A stretch of 64,000 nt of DNA from IMG/VR virus record IMGVR_UViG_3300027499_000007; one strand, given 5' to 3'. This document shows positions 15,640-25,693 of the stretch, in pieces (the stretch's first letter is position 1; the number at the start of each line of letters is the position of its first letter). This DNA is from a virus. A model generated the notes under the pieces. It had not been told where the DNA came from and did no database searches. It saw only the letters and a list, made by a program, of their open reading frames with translations. Position numbers and translations under genes: made by a program.

Positions 15640-16731
15640 ATGGTATCAGGAATAGTTACATTACTTACTTCGTTTTTGATTGCAGCAATAGCTGCCTACT
15701 TCAGCATTGCTGGTCTTATGGCAATCTTTAATGGTGCGTCTATGGCTGTAGCCGTTATGGCCGGCAGCTTAGAGCTAGGTAAATTGGTTACTGCTAGTTG
15801 GCTTTATCGTAACTGGAAAGAAACAAAATGGCTGCTTAAAAGTTATCTAACATTAGCAGTGGCTTTATTAATGTTTATTACTAGCTTAGGTATTTTTGGT
15901 TACCTAAGTAAAGCACATAGCGATCAAAGTTTAGTATCAGGCGGCGCCACTGAGCAAGTTGCATTGTTTGACGAAAAGATCAAATACCAGCGTGAGATTA
16001 TCGACACTAACCAAAAAGTTATTGCACAGATGGACGACGTGGTTAATCAAACACTAAGTCGTACTACAGATGCCAAAGGCGCTGAACGTGCGCTACAGGT
16101 ACGTAGAAGCCAAAGCAGAGACCGTCAGCGTCTAGTTACAGAAATCAGCACAGCACAAGCAGAAATACAAAAGCTAAATGAGCAACGTGCGCCATTAGCA
16201 GTTGAACTTAAAAAGGTTGAAAGCGAAGTTGGCCCTATTAAGTACGTGGCTGCACTTATATACGGTGACAACCCAGAAGCAAATCTAATGGAACGTGCTG
16301 TTCGATGGATGATAATATTACTAGTAGTAGTATTTGATCCGTTAGCAGTTGCATTATTAATTGCAGCCAACCAAACTTTAAACAGAAAAAAATTAGAACC
16401 AGGAGATAAGCCACATGGAGATAAATCCAGTGAGCCTCTCAATGATTCCGCCAACACCACAGACACATCAGGGGCAGTTGAACACACAGCCCAATCCCAG
16501 GGAGGAACCCTTGATGAAGGTAACAACATTCAGAACGGTGAGCGATCACCAGACAGCCCAGACAGTATATTACTACAACAGCCTGGGGCAACTAGTGACG
16601 AGCCAGAAGTCGACGATAGACATGCTAGCTTAGAAGAAGAAACAACAGTCCAAAAAAAAAGATCAGTGAACTCCAAAAAGAAGTCGCCCGTCTCAAAAAA
16701 GAAAATAACAGCAAACCAAAAGAAGTTGTAA
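15640..16731 (+). CDS. membrane-anchored coiled-coil protein, N-terminal part
   Basis: Three N-terminal TMs, coiled coil, TM, acidic linker; late promoter 15628. Confidence 0.8.
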   Translation: MVSGIVTLLTSFLIAAIAAYFSIAGLMAIFNGASMAVAVMAGSLELGKLVTASWLYRNWKETKWLLKSYLTLAVALLMFITSLGIFGYLSKAHSDQSLVSGGATEQVALFDEKIKYQREIIDTNQKVIAQMDDVVNQTLSRTTDAKGAERALQVRRSQSRDRQRLVTEISTAQAEIQKLNEQRAPLAVELKKVESEVGPIKYVAALIYGDNPEANLMERAVRWMIILLVVVFDPLAVALLIAANQTLNRKKLEPGDKPHGDKSSEPLNDSANTTDTSGAVEHTAQSQGGTLDEGNNIQNGERSPDSPDSILLQQPGATSDEPEVDDRHASLEEETTVQKKRSVNSKKKSPVSKKKITANQKKL

Positions 16732-17222
16732 AGGAAGTTATAGTTGAGGTTCCTATTGAGAAGGTTGTTGAAAAGCCTGTCGAAATTATAAAAGAAGTGG
16801 AAGTTATCCGAGAAGTACTTGGACCAGAGAGAATTGTTCAGGTAGAAGTTCCAGTAGTTCGCGAAGACACTGCTAAGATAGAACAACTAAGTAAAGACAA
16901 CGCAGCATTAAAAGGTAGAATACGATACTTAGAAAAAGAAGTTAGTGTTCAGCCTAAAATTATAGAAAAAATTGTAGAAGTAGAAAAAGAAGTTCCTGTA
17001 GAAGTTGAGCGTGCTGCTACAAAAGATTTGCGAGAAGCAGCTAGGTTAATGGCCAGGAGTGTGCTAAATAAAGAGGACTTAACAGAAGAAGAAATCTTTG
17101 GTTTATTACAAAAGGCTTCGGAAGCTGATGTCAAGAAGCGATTAGGTTTTTGGGCAGTACCATTACCTAAAAGCGGTGATCAAACAGACACAACAAACAA
17201 ACGATACATAGGTAAGAAATGA
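16629..17222 (+). CDS. frameshifted continuation of 15640 ORF (V/E/K-rich repeats)
   Basis: -1 frame open from 16629 across the A9 run 16652-16660; reads KKISELQKEVARLKKE...EVVKEVIVEVP. Confidence 0.7.
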   Translation, partial: LRRRNNSPKKKISELQKEVARLKKENNSKPKEVVKEVIVEVPIEKVVEKPVEIIKEVEVIREVLGPERIVQVEVPVVREDTAKIEQLSKDNAALKGRIRYLEKEVSVQPKIIEKIVEVEKEVPVEVERAATKDLREAARLMARSVLNKEDLTEEEIFGLLQKASEADVKKRLGFWAVPLPKSGDQTDTTNKRYIGKK

Positions 17223-18505
17223 CCGAAAAGAAAAATTTAAGCTGTAGCTTTTGTGGTAAGAATCGCGAAGCTGTAGACAAATTAATCGCTGGCCCAAGCG
17301 TTTATATTTGCAATGAATGTATTACACTCAGTTACAATATTATTGTTAATGAGAAACCGGTCAAAGATGATGATGAGCTTTCATTAGAAAATTTGCCCCA
17401 GCCACTAGAAATAAAACAATTTCTAGATGAATATATAGTTGGGCACGAAAACGCTAAAGAACTGTTTGCTGTTAGTGCATATAATCATTATAAAAGAATC
17501 TTTTACCCCGAACAAGACGAAATTGAACTAGAAAAGTCAAACATACTTCTAGTTGGTCCTACCGGTACAGGCAAGACATTGTTTGCTAAAACACTTGCTA
17601 AAAAATTAAATGTACCATTTGCTATTGCAGATGCTACTACGCTCACTGAAGCAGGCTACGTAGGTGATGACGTAGAGAGTGTTATCGAGCGTTTGCTTAC
17701 ACTAGCAGATTATGATATCGACTTAGCTCAGCGTGGCATCGTTTATATTGATGAAGTAGATAAAAAAGCTAGACGCAGCGAATCAAATGTTGCTACTCGT
17801 GATGTGAGCGGCGAAGGCGTACAGCAAGCATTGCTTAGACTTGTTGAAGGAACAAATATCAAGGTTAAACTTGGTAACAGTAAAAAGTTCAGCGACGACT
17901 ACATCGAGTTCGATACATCAAACGTACTGTTTATCTTAGGCGGAGCGTTTGTTGGTGTTGATAAGACCATTGAGAAGCGTCTTAAAAAATCTAGCACAAT
18001 TGGTTTTAACGCAACAGTTATTGATGCAGATTCTAAAAATAATCTATTGTCAAAACTATTACCAGAAGATGTAATTGACTATGGCTTAATACCTGAACTA
18101 GTTGGCAGACTTCCGATTCTAATCTCGCTTGAGAATCTAACAGAATCTCAATTAAAACAAGTTCTAACAGTTAAGAATAACTCAGTCGACCAAGTTAAAA
18201 CATTGTTGGCTATTGATAAATTAGAATTAGAATTCACAGAAAAGTTTTATAGTGATGTTGCTAAAATTGCTATAAAACAAAAACTTGGAGCTCGTAGCGT
18301 AAAGAGTATTGTAGAATATAGTGTAATGAATATTATGTACAGGGCACCAGAGCTCCAAAAAAGTGGAGTGACTAAGATAGTGTTTGATAACTATCCTATA
18401 TCACTCGACAAGGTGCCCACGCTAGTCTACAGTGATGGAAAGAATCACAAAGATACAGAGTATAAGATCTACAGAGGATTAAATGAAAAAGCAACATTGG
18501 AATAA
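17219..18505 (+). CDS. clpX: ATP-dependent Clp protease ATPase subunit ClpX
   Basis: CSFC..C4 zinc finger, GPTGTGKT, GYVG, DEVDK, RDVSGEGVQQALL, IGF loop. Confidence 0.97.
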   Translation: MTEKKNLSCSFCGKNREAVDKLIAGPSVYICNECITLSYNIIVNEKPVKDDDELSLENLPQPLEIKQFLDEYIVGHENAKELFAVSAYNHYKRIFYPEQDEIELEKSNILLVGPTGTGKTLFAKTLAKKLNVPFAIADATTLTEAGYVGDDVESVIERLLTLADYDIDLAQRGIVYIDEVDKKARRSESNVATRDVSGEGVQQALLRLVEGTNIKVKLGNSKKFSDDYIEFDTSNVLFILGGAFVGVDKTIEKRLKKSSTIGFNATVIDADSKNNLLSKLLPEDVIDYGLIPELVGRLPILISLENLTESQLKQVLTVKNNSVDQVKTLLAIDKLELEFTEKFYSDVAKIAIKQKLGARSVKSIVEYSVMNIMYRAPELQKSGVTKIVFDNYPISLDKVPTLVYSDGKNHKDTEYKIYRGLNEKATLE

Positions 18506-18887
18506 CAAAAACGATTATAATCGGGCGTCAGAAGGCCAAGGTGATGACATTGCTACTCATATTCGTGGCTCTAAAGTTGAAGTGCGAAATGGTGATGTTA
18601 ATTATGCACTAAGAAAAATGAAAAAAATCTTAGAACGTAATGATTGGCAAAAAGATTTAGCCAAGCATGAATTCTTTGAGAAGGGTAGTGTTAAGCGCAA
18701 GCGCAGTAAAGAGGCTGCTAAAAAGCGTTGGCAAAAAGAAGTAACTAGCCAGAAGTTATCTGGTAAGTGGACTGCGACCCGCTCAGGTGATCAAAAGTTT
18801 ATGAAGAGCAAGCGTAAAAGACGCCAGCGTCTAGATGAAGAATCACTATTACAGAGAATGCGCCGCCGCAATGGAAATAATCGATAA
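18483..18887 (+). CDS. rpsU: ribosomal protein bS21 with terminal extensions
   Basis: VEVRNGDVNYALRKMKK...HEFFEKGSVKRKR. Confidence 0.85.
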   Translation: MKKQHWNNKNDYNRASEGQGDDIATHIRGSKVEVRNGDVNYALRKMKKILERNDWQKDLAKHEFFEKGSVKRKRSKEAAKKRWQKEVTSQKLSGKWTATRSGDQKFMKSKRKRRQRLDEESLLQRMRRRNGNNR

Positions 18888-19665
18888 AATAGCAGTCGTC
18901 AGTGGCGGCTTTGACCCTGTACACAGTGGTCATATTAATCTGTTCCGTTCAGCTTACGAGTTATTCAATCGTAAAATAGTTGTACTACTTAATAGCGATG
19001 AGTGGCTTACTCGTAAAAAAGGTAAGCCATTTCTTCCTGCAGAAGAACGCAAGACTATTTTAGAAGCAATGAGTATGGTTGACAGAGTTGTTTTGTTTGA
19101 CGACAAAGACAACTCATGTTGTGATGGGCTCGAACGTGTTAAACAACTTTATCCTATGGACACAGTTGTATTTTGCAATGGTGGTGATCGCACTAAGGAA
19201 AACATTCCTGAAATGCGTGTCGAAGGCATTGAGTTTAAGTTTGGCATTGGTGGCGAACACAAGGCTAATAGTAGCAGTTGGATCTTACGCGATGCAATTG
19301 CCACATATACTGAAGAGCGTGTATGGGGGAAGTTTGCAGACCTTTATACCACAACAGGTTGTAAGGTCAAAGAGCTTGTAGTCAAACCTGGGCAAGGTAT
19401 CAGCTATCAAAAGCATAACAAGCGCAGTGAAGTATGGTTTGTTAAGAGTGGCAAGGGTGTAGTAAAACATTCCAAAGACCCGGAACCACTAAAGAACTAT
19501 GCACTCATTGACATTTATAAGCATGATATTTTTGTTGTTAAGGTAGGTGAGTGGCATCAACTGTACAACGAAAGCAAAGACGATTTAGTTATTATTGAAA
19601 TACAATATGGCAGCGAAACAAATGAACAAGACATTGAAAGGCTAGAATATTATGGAACTACTTAG
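18871..19665 (+). CDS. cytidylyltransferase fused to mannose-6-P-isomerase-type cupin
   Basis: SGGFDPVHSGH, NGGDRT, SSSWIL; C-terminal ERVWG...SYQKHNKRSEVW...WHQL. Confidence 0.85.
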   Translation: MEIIDKIAVVSGGFDPVHSGHINLFRSAYELFNRKIVVLLNSDEWLTRKKGKPFLPAEERKTILEAMSMVDRVVLFDDKDNSCCDGLERVKQLYPMDTVVFCNGGDRTKENIPEMRVEGIEFKFGIGGEHKANSSSWILRDAIATYTEERVWGKFADLYTTTGCKVKELVVKPGQGISYQKHNKRSEVWFVKSGKGVVKHSKDPEPLKNYALIDIYKHDIFVVKVGEWHQLYNESKDDLVIIEIQYGSETNEQDIERLEYYGTT

Positions 19666-19870
19666 AAAGAATTTAATCAGAGCCAGTGCTGCTCACTTTG
19701 AATCACATATTCAGAAGCACAAGATGAATGTTGAAGTCATTCTTAGTAACCCAATTGCAATTCATGATCACACAGATATTATGACTGCAATTGAACTTGA
19801 ACTGGCACATATTGCTGAGTACGAAGATAAATTGGAAGCACTTAAGAAGTATTTTCCATTAGCTGAATGA
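19652..19870 (+). CDS. hypothetical protein
   Basis: Coupled ORF, 72 aa. Confidence 0.7.
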   Translation: MELLRKNLIRASAAHFESHIQKHKMNVEVILSNPIAIHDHTDIMTAIELELAHIAEYEDKLEALKKYFPLAE

Positions 19871-20160
19871 AAGCATTAATTACTTCCACAGTCGATTACA
19901 TTCGTGAGGACTGGGCAGAGAATAAGATACGAACAGTATTAGAAGTCACTGCCTGGTTTACCAGTATTGGGTGTGCAGTAGTAATGGCACTAACATTGCC
20001 GAACCCGCCCTTTCTAATTTTATATCCGTTATTCATCAGTCACTGTGCAGTATTTGCTTACTGTGCATACACTCGCGGCAGCACAGGCATGCTAGCCAAC
20101 TATCTAATGTTAACCACTATCGATACCTTTGCTCTTGTTAGATTAATTTATAACGGTTGA
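19867..20160 (+). CDS. hypothetical membrane protein
   Basis: Three hydrophobic segments. Confidence 0.7.
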   Translation: MKALITSTVDYIREDWAENKIRTVLEVTAWFTSIGCAVVMALTLPNPPFLILYPLFISHCAVFAYCAYTRGSTGMLANYLMLTTIDTFALVRLIYNG

Positions 20161-20191
20161 CAAAAATACACATAGGCGTTATTATTACAAT

Positions 20192-20614
20192 ATGATGCTA
20201 AAACTCTTAGAGCGTATTGGACGCAAACGTGTTATCTTAGATCGGGAAAGTGATGCCCCGTATCTTACTCGTTATTATCTATTTCTAAAAGATCGTACTT
20301 GGTTCCCATTTAACATCTTTTTGCACAACTTTCACAAGAGTGACCCCGATGACTTGCACGACCATCCGTGGCCGTTCATTACTATCATCCTTAAGGGCGG
20401 CTATTGGGAACATACACCCAAAGGCAAGTTTTGGAGAGGTGCAGGCACAATTAATTGGGCTCGCTCAACATCACTACATCGTGTAGAGTTAGAGCCAGGA
20501 GTTGACACTTGGACACTGTTTATCCCCGGGCCAAGTGTGCGAGAATGGGGATTCATTGACAAAGGAATTTGGAAACGTCATGATCAATATCTTGCAGAAC
20601 GTTACAAAGGATAG
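20192..20614 (+). CDS. cupin-fold hypothetical protein
   Basis: LHDHPW...GGYWEH...LHRVEL. Confidence 0.7.
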   Translation: MMLKLLERIGRKRVILDRESDAPYLTRYYLFLKDRTWFPFNIFLHNFHKSDPDDLHDHPWPFITIILKGGYWEHTPKGKFWRGAGTINWARSTSLHRVELEPGVDTWTLFIPGPSVREWGFIDKGIWKRHDQYLAERYKG

Positions 20615-20885
20615 TGTACTACTACAACTAAAACGTATTGCCGTAGGTGCAACAGTATTAGTACCCGTAGCATTAATTGTTGGCTCTATAGTATATCTTA
20701 TTTCTAACGGATACATTAACGCTAACACAGCATTCACTGTATTTCAAGTTATTACAGGTTTGTTTATGCTTTGGACTATTGGTGGTGCATATGAATCATA
20801 TAGTGATATGAAGCGCAATCAAAAAGAATATGAAGAGCGCAAAACACTTCGAGCATTTGAAAGGTTAGGTAATGGAAACACATAA
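20580..20885 (+). CDS. hypothetical membrane protein (start uncertain)
   Basis: Two TM helices. Confidence 0.55.
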   Translation: MINILQNVTKDSVLLQLKRIAVGATVLVPVALIVGSIVYLISNGYINANTAFTVFQVITGLFMLWTIGGAYESYSDMKRNQKEYEERKTLRAFERLGNGNT

Positions 20886-21075
20886 AAGAACAATTGTAAG
20901 AATGATTAGCTATCGAATTACTGCATGGCTATTCACTATTCTGTGGACATATTTGTTTACTGGTGATATTGGTTCAGCTACAGGATTCGCTACAGCACTA
21001 CACATTCTACTGAGCATTGATTATTACATTCACGAACGTATTTGGCTTAAAATTAAATGGGGTAAAACCGAATGA
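20872..21075 (+). CDS. DUF2061-family membrane protein
   Basis: ETHKRTIVRMISYR...YYIHERIW; paralog of 58310. Confidence 0.75.
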   Translation: METHKRTIVRMISYRITAWLFTILWTYLFTGDIGSATGFATALHILLSIDYYIHERIWLKIKWGKTE

Positions 21076-21506
21076 GTATGCATCTTGTAGGTCCGTATCT
21101 TACAACTACTAACTATCGTAAGCGTAAGACTAAGGTTACACAGGCACAGATGAATAGTTGGATGGAAGGCTGGCGTGAGAAGTGTAAGCAGAACAAGCGG
21201 CTCGGCATTGCCAAACCTACATTTGAAGAATACATTGATGCACTGCATGGTCGTGTAAAAACCGATAGGCCAAAGTTTGTACCATTACAGATAAAGTCAG
21301 ACGAAACAATGGATCGCATTCGTCAGCACAAGGAAATGTATCCTAGCGGCAACGGCTTCGGCACTGCTAATAGTACAGCTAAGAAAGAACCGCAGATGTA
21401 CACAGGTACGCTGATTAAGGGTATTGCTACCATGCATAAAAGCAATGCAGTACCCGTTATTGATCAGAAGCAAGCAATTGAGATTGCTAATATGCGCCGA
21501 AGCTGA
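21072..21506 (+). CDS. hypothetical protein (T4-like phage type)
   Basis: YTGTLIKGIATMHKSNAVPV motif. Confidence 0.7.
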   Translation: MSMHLVGPYLTTTNYRKRKTKVTQAQMNSWMEGWREKCKQNKRLGIAKPTFEEYIDALHGRVKTDRPKFVPLQIKSDETMDRIRQHKEMYPSGNGFGTANSTAKKEPQMYTGTLIKGIATMHKSNAVPVIDQKQAIEIANMRRS

Positions 21507-21509
21507 TCC

Positions 21510-21872
21510 ATGTTATACCCTACAAACAATCCCTTAGTCAACGATCTGTGTAAGTTCTTCTATGAACGACTACCTACCGCAATCTGCAAACCAATTTCAG
21601 CATATGACGATAAACCTTCTCTCGCTGAAGATTGGTGGGTAGAAGAGAAGATCAAACTGGGGTATGTAGTACCTAGCGTGAATGATAATGAACAAGGATT
21701 GCGTAATATCTACCGCTGGGGTAGGCATATCGCAATCGAACAAGGTGACTGGTTCTTTATTGACTACCATAAGGAGTTGTTATTGCACCAAGTTACAGAG
21801 TTAATTCCTGCGCTATTTTTAAAGGCGGATAACATACAGCAAGAGCAGCGTACAATTGTGAGTCAAAACTAA
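21510..21872 (+). CDS. hypothetical protein
   Basis: 120-aa ORF in tandem array. Confidence 0.6.
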   Translation: MLYPTNNPLVNDLCKFFYERLPTAICKPISAYDDKPSLAEDWWVEEKIKLGYVVPSVNDNEQGLRNIYRWGRHIAIEQGDWFFIDYHKELLLHQVTELIPALFLKADNIQQEQRTIVSQN

Positions 21873-21978
21873 TGGGCTGTCTGTTTCTAATCGCTGCAAT
21901 ATTGCTGTTCCCCAGTTACCCGTGGTTGGTAGCACTTTGCTTGATTCTTGCTTATTTGACTGCAAGAGATGGTGAGGA

Positions 21979-22467
21979 ATGGAAATGAGTTCTGGCGCTT
22001 TTTCATCTGTTAAAAACTTTATAACTGTTGATGAATGTAATAAGATCATCAACAGTTTACCAGTACTGGATCTAAATGAATGCACAGTTCAATTAAAACC
22101 AGCTGAATTAGGTACTTGGTATAAAAATGATATTACAGATAAACGTATTGCTTTGCCTGTCGATGAAACTTTAGAAAATAGAATACGCAAAGAAGTTATT
22201 GGTGAGCAGTTTGTTAGTACAGGAAAAATGTATATAACGAAATACGAAGCAGGTGAGTTTTGTAAAAGACATTTCGATCCTGTTGATATAACAGTAATAA
22301 TTTTATTAAATAATGATTTTACTGGTGGGAATTTTATCTTAGAACGTTTCAAACCAAAACTAAATGCAGGTGATATGATAGTATTCGATAAGGGAACCTA
22401 TCATAATGTTACAGAAGTTACATCAGGGTGTAGATACGCTCTAAGCATCTGGTTTAATAAACAATAA
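21979..22467 (+). CDS. 2OG-Fe(II) oxygenase
   Basis: HFD...LLNNDFTGG...HNVTEVTSGCRY. Confidence 0.85.
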   Translation: MEMSSGAFSSVKNFITVDECNKIINSLPVLDLNECTVQLKPAELGTWYKNDITDKRIALPVDETLENRIRKEVIGEQFVSTGKMYITKYEAGEFCKRHFDPVDITVIILLNNDFTGGNFILERFKPKLNAGDMIVFDKGTYHNVTEVTSGCRYALSIWFNKQ

Positions 22468-22496
22468 AAATAACTAGCAACAGCAGGACAAAAACA

Positions 22497-22826
22497 GTGC
22501 CCTTAACAGATGATGAAATAATTACAACAGCAGATGGTAGAAAGTTTACAGTAGCACAATTAAAAAGCTCGCACAGTATTACACCCAAAGGTGATATCAC
22601 TTGGTATATCAAATGGATTGCAAGTATTATTACATTGTTTGCGGTGAGTGTAAGGGCAACAGGTATTCCTGAACTGCATTGGATTGATATGGTAGGCAGT
22701 TGGATCGGTGCTGTTGGATGGTTTGTAGTAGGCTTTATGTGGAAGGACCGCGCACTTATTATTCTGAACGGGGTGATCGGTGTCATTCTATTCTCCGGTT
22801 TATTAAAAATTCTTTTTGGAACGTAA
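22497..22826 (+). CDS. hypothetical membrane protein
   Basis: Three TM helices. Confidence 0.7.
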   Translation: MPLTDDEIITTADGRKFTVAQLKSSHSITPKGDITWYIKWIASIITLFAVSVRATGIPELHWIDMVGSWIGAVGWFVVGFMWKDRALIILNGVIGVILFSGLLKILFGT

Positions 22827-22827
22827 C

Positions 22828-23628
22828 ATGAGTAGATATGCTGTAATAGGTGACAGTTATGCTGTCGTTGATGATGATAATAGTCATTGGGCTAAAATCT
22901 GGGGTGAACAAAATGGCCACACTGTAGACTTCTTTGGACTTGAGGGTGGCAACCTTGTAAACATTTCCTATCTATTTGAGAATATTCCTGTTGAACGTTA
23001 TGATGGTTTTATTATTCATTACACTAGTGCGCTAAGAGCCGAAGGCTCGATTACACAAGGCGAACAATCAACAAAAAAATTATCTACTATTGTGCATATG
23101 TCTGATGTGTACACAGACGAACCTAAACCAATTTTCAAATACATTCATCCAAATGGTAGAAATGTGGATAAAATTGAAGGCATAAGTTTACCTAAGAATT
23201 TTGAGTTTCAATATTATAACGAAGGTGACGTTAAATTTTTACTTAACTATTATAATATGATGCCGCATTGGTACGATAGCTTTGAACTAATCGATGGCGA
23301 TACCAGCAGTTATGATTATATAATGACTCAACTTTGCAATAAATTTTACGATAGTGTAAGTATCCGTTGGTTATTGCGAGCTAACTTTTTAGCCTATCGA
23401 AACATTATCCTAACACTTGAATCAAAGAGAATTAAAAATATTACGGTGTTCCCAATTTGCGGCGGGTTCAGACAAACGCTAGATCATATCAAAGCAAAAT
23501 ACCCGGACACTAAATTTTGGGATCAAAGCAAGATTATGAAAGTTCATCCCAAACAAGTCCAATCTCGTAACCACGTTAGTTTAGATCACGCTCAAACATT
23601 AGCTTCCAAATTTTCATTTGACTTGTAA
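22828..23628 (+). CDS. SGNH-like protein
   Basis: VIGDSY N-terminus, C-terminal NH. Confidence 0.55.
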   Translation: MSRYAVIGDSYAVVDDDNSHWAKIWGEQNGHTVDFFGLEGGNLVNISYLFENIPVERYDGFIIHYTSALRAEGSITQGEQSTKKLSTIVHMSDVYTDEPKPIFKYIHPNGRNVDKIEGISLPKNFEFQYYNEGDVKFLLNYYNMMPHWYDSFELIDGDTSSYDYIMTQLCNKFYDSVSIRWLLRANFLAYRNIILTLESKRIKNITVFPICGGFRQTLDHIKAKYPDTKFWDQSKIMKVHPKQVQSRNHVSLDHAQTLASKFSFDL

Positions 23629-23695
23629 GTCATTGATTTTATTGGATATAATAAAGGTTGACAAACCGCGTATTTCTGCTACACTGTAACAGTAA

Positions 23696-24109
23696 TTGAT
23701 AGATATGGAGCCTAAAATGGATCCTTTAGCGATTGGTAATACTGTTACAATTAAGGTTGAGAATATTCTCTGGCCCAGCAGACATCTGTATGCTGCCGGT
23801 GTCGTTGGTTCACAGTACAACTACTACACCGGAACCATTATGCGTGAGAAGTGGTTTGCCGTTGACGAGATTGGCATTACTACTGGCAACCCGGACTTTT
23901 CTTTTCGACGCATACGTCGTGAACGCATCGTTGAAGTTAACGGAGCAGGTGTTGTGTTTAGCCCGCCACCTAAGGTAGAACGTATCGAAAAGACCATAGA
24001 AGGTTCTAAGGGCAATACCTATACTGTGATCAAAGAAGGTAGCCGTGCTACTTGTACCTGCCCTGGGTATAGTTTCCGCAAGACTTGTAAACACTTAACA
24101 ATGGTGTAA
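23696..24109 (+). CDS. SWIM zinc-finger protein
   Basis: CTCPGYSFRKTCKH. Confidence 0.8.
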   Translation: MIDMEPKMDPLAIGNTVTIKVENILWPSRHLYAAGVVGSQYNYYTGTIMREKWFAVDEIGITTGNPDFSFRRIRRERIVEVNGAGVVFSPPPKVERIEKTIEGSKGNTYTVIKEGSRATCTCPGYSFRKTCKHLTMV

Positions 24110-24110
24110 T

Positions 24111-24575
24111 ATGGAAATCAACGTATATGGTACTGCTAGCAAAAAGCTAAAGACAGAACTTTCTGAAGCCGCAGAGTTTTTTGCACGTTGTCTTATGCAC
24201 CGTCGTATGGTAGACAACCTAGAGCTAGACATTGAGATCGAAAACAAGTTAGATGTCCAAGGCATGTGTATCAATGAGGATGATACTAGCCGTAGTCGTT
24301 TCTTTACTGTACAGTTACGCAAGGATACGATCGATGATATGATCCAAACCCTTGCACACGAAATGATTCACGTGAAACAATATGCTAAGAATGAGCACGT
24401 TAAGAAGCATTTAACTACTAAGGGTGGCCTAAAGATTCAAAGCTATTGGTTAGGTGAACTTTGGAAACCCATTAAGGATGAAGTAGATTATTATGATTCT
24501 CCTTGGGAAATCGAAGCGTATGGGCGAGAAGTGGGGCTAATGCACCGCTGGATTAGGCATAAAGAAAAAGCCTAA
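24111..24575 (+). CDS. HExxH metallopeptidase-like protein
   Basis: TLAHEMIHVKQ...PWEIEAY. Confidence 0.8.
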   Translation: MEINVYGTASKKLKTELSEAAEFFARCLMHRRMVDNLELDIEIENKLDVQGMCINEDDTSRSRFFTVQLRKDTIDDMIQTLAHEMIHVKQYAKNEHVKKHLTTKGGLKIQSYWLGELWKPIKDEVDYYDSPWEIEAYGREVGLMHRWIRHKEKA

Positions 24576-24629
24576 TAAAATCAACAACTTAGCGGCCCTT
24601 GTAAGTCATTGATTTATAAGGGCTTTTTT

Positions 24630-24684
24630 GTTGCTAAAAAACAACATTTTGGGAGGTTGACAACTGCCCAAACGATGTTAAACT
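24630..24684 (+). promoter_or_regulatory. early promoter with GTTG-N8-CAAC and TGCCCAAA boxes
   Basis: Palindrome 24630-24645; TTGACA 24657; TAAACT 24679. Confidence 0.7.
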
Positions 24685-24713
24685 ATACATATAGTTAGAA
24701 ATTAGGAGCTCAT

Positions 24714-25166
24714 ATGAACTGTGATGTAACACTAAAAGCTGAAGAGTTTAAGACAATTCACAATAGTCTTTATTATTTAGATTGTTTAGACGATCCTAAG
24801 GTTAGCGAGCTTGTGGAAACAATGCGTGATGCACTTAAAGGTGCGTATGATCAAGAAAACGGTGATTTTGATCGCAAGTATGCATATTTCAGTCAAGTCA
24901 AAGAAGAACTTGGTGCCCAATCAATTTGGAGCATCTACGAAACACCTGATTTAGATCAGCCCCATCCATATCCTTCCGGAGTATTTGTAACTTATAAGGA
25001 TCATTGGGGTACTAAAGCTCAGCATTGTGCGGTCTATGGTAACACTTGGCGAGATCTTTATAAAGCCGCTGATAATTGCATTCGCAATTCGGGCGATGAG
25101 CACCACATTTTTATCGAGAGTTTTAAGCTAGTTGGCAACGATTTATTGCTTATTACGGGTAGCTAA
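24714..25166 (+). CDS. hypothetical early protein
   Basis: RBS aggag; downstream of early promoter. Confidence 0.75.
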   Translation: MNCDVTLKAEEFKTIHNSLYYLDCLDDPKVSELVETMRDALKGAYDQENGDFDRKYAYFSQVKEELGAQSIWSIYETPDLDQPHPYPSGVFVTYKDHWGTKAQHCAVYGNTWRDLYKAADNCIRNSGDEHHIFIESFKLVGNDLLLITGS

Positions 25167-25277
25167 GTTGTTGTTTTTAAACAACTTTTTAGCCCTAAAA
25201 AAGTGCCCAAAAAGTGGTTGACAAGTGCCCAAAATCTGTTATACTACATATGTAGGATGAGAAATAAGGAGCGATAA

Positions 25278-25628
25278 ATGGCTTACATGAATCAGGAAAA
25301 GAAGGCGAAAATTGCAACGAAGATCAAACCTCTGCTTAAGCGGTATGGTTTGAAAGGTTCGCTGGCTGTTCGTAATCACAGTACAATTGTGCTGAATCTC
25401 AAAAGCGGTAAGATTGACTTTGGCGGGGATAATATCCAGATTAACACTTACTGGGCTCACGAACACTACGAAGGTAAGGCTAAGGAATTCCTTGTGCAGG
25501 CAATCAAAGCCCTCAAGAGTGCAGACTGGTACGATGAGAGCGATGCCCAAGTGGACTATTTCAACACCGCTTACTATGTGGACATCAATGTTGGGCAATG
25601 GGATAAACCATACCAAATTATTGCATAA
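25278..25628 (+). CDS. hypothetical early protein
   Basis: Own promoter and RBS taaggag. Confidence 0.75.
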   Translation: MAYMNQEKKAKIATKIKPLLKRYGLKGSLAVRNHSTIVLNLKSGKIDFGGDNIQINTYWAHEHYEGKAKEFLVQAIKALKSADWYDESDAQVDYFNTAYYVDINVGQWDKPYQIIA

Positions 25629-25693
25629 AGTGGTTGACAAGTGCCCAAAATTTGCTATAATGTATATGTAGGATGAGAAATAAGGAGTTAAAG

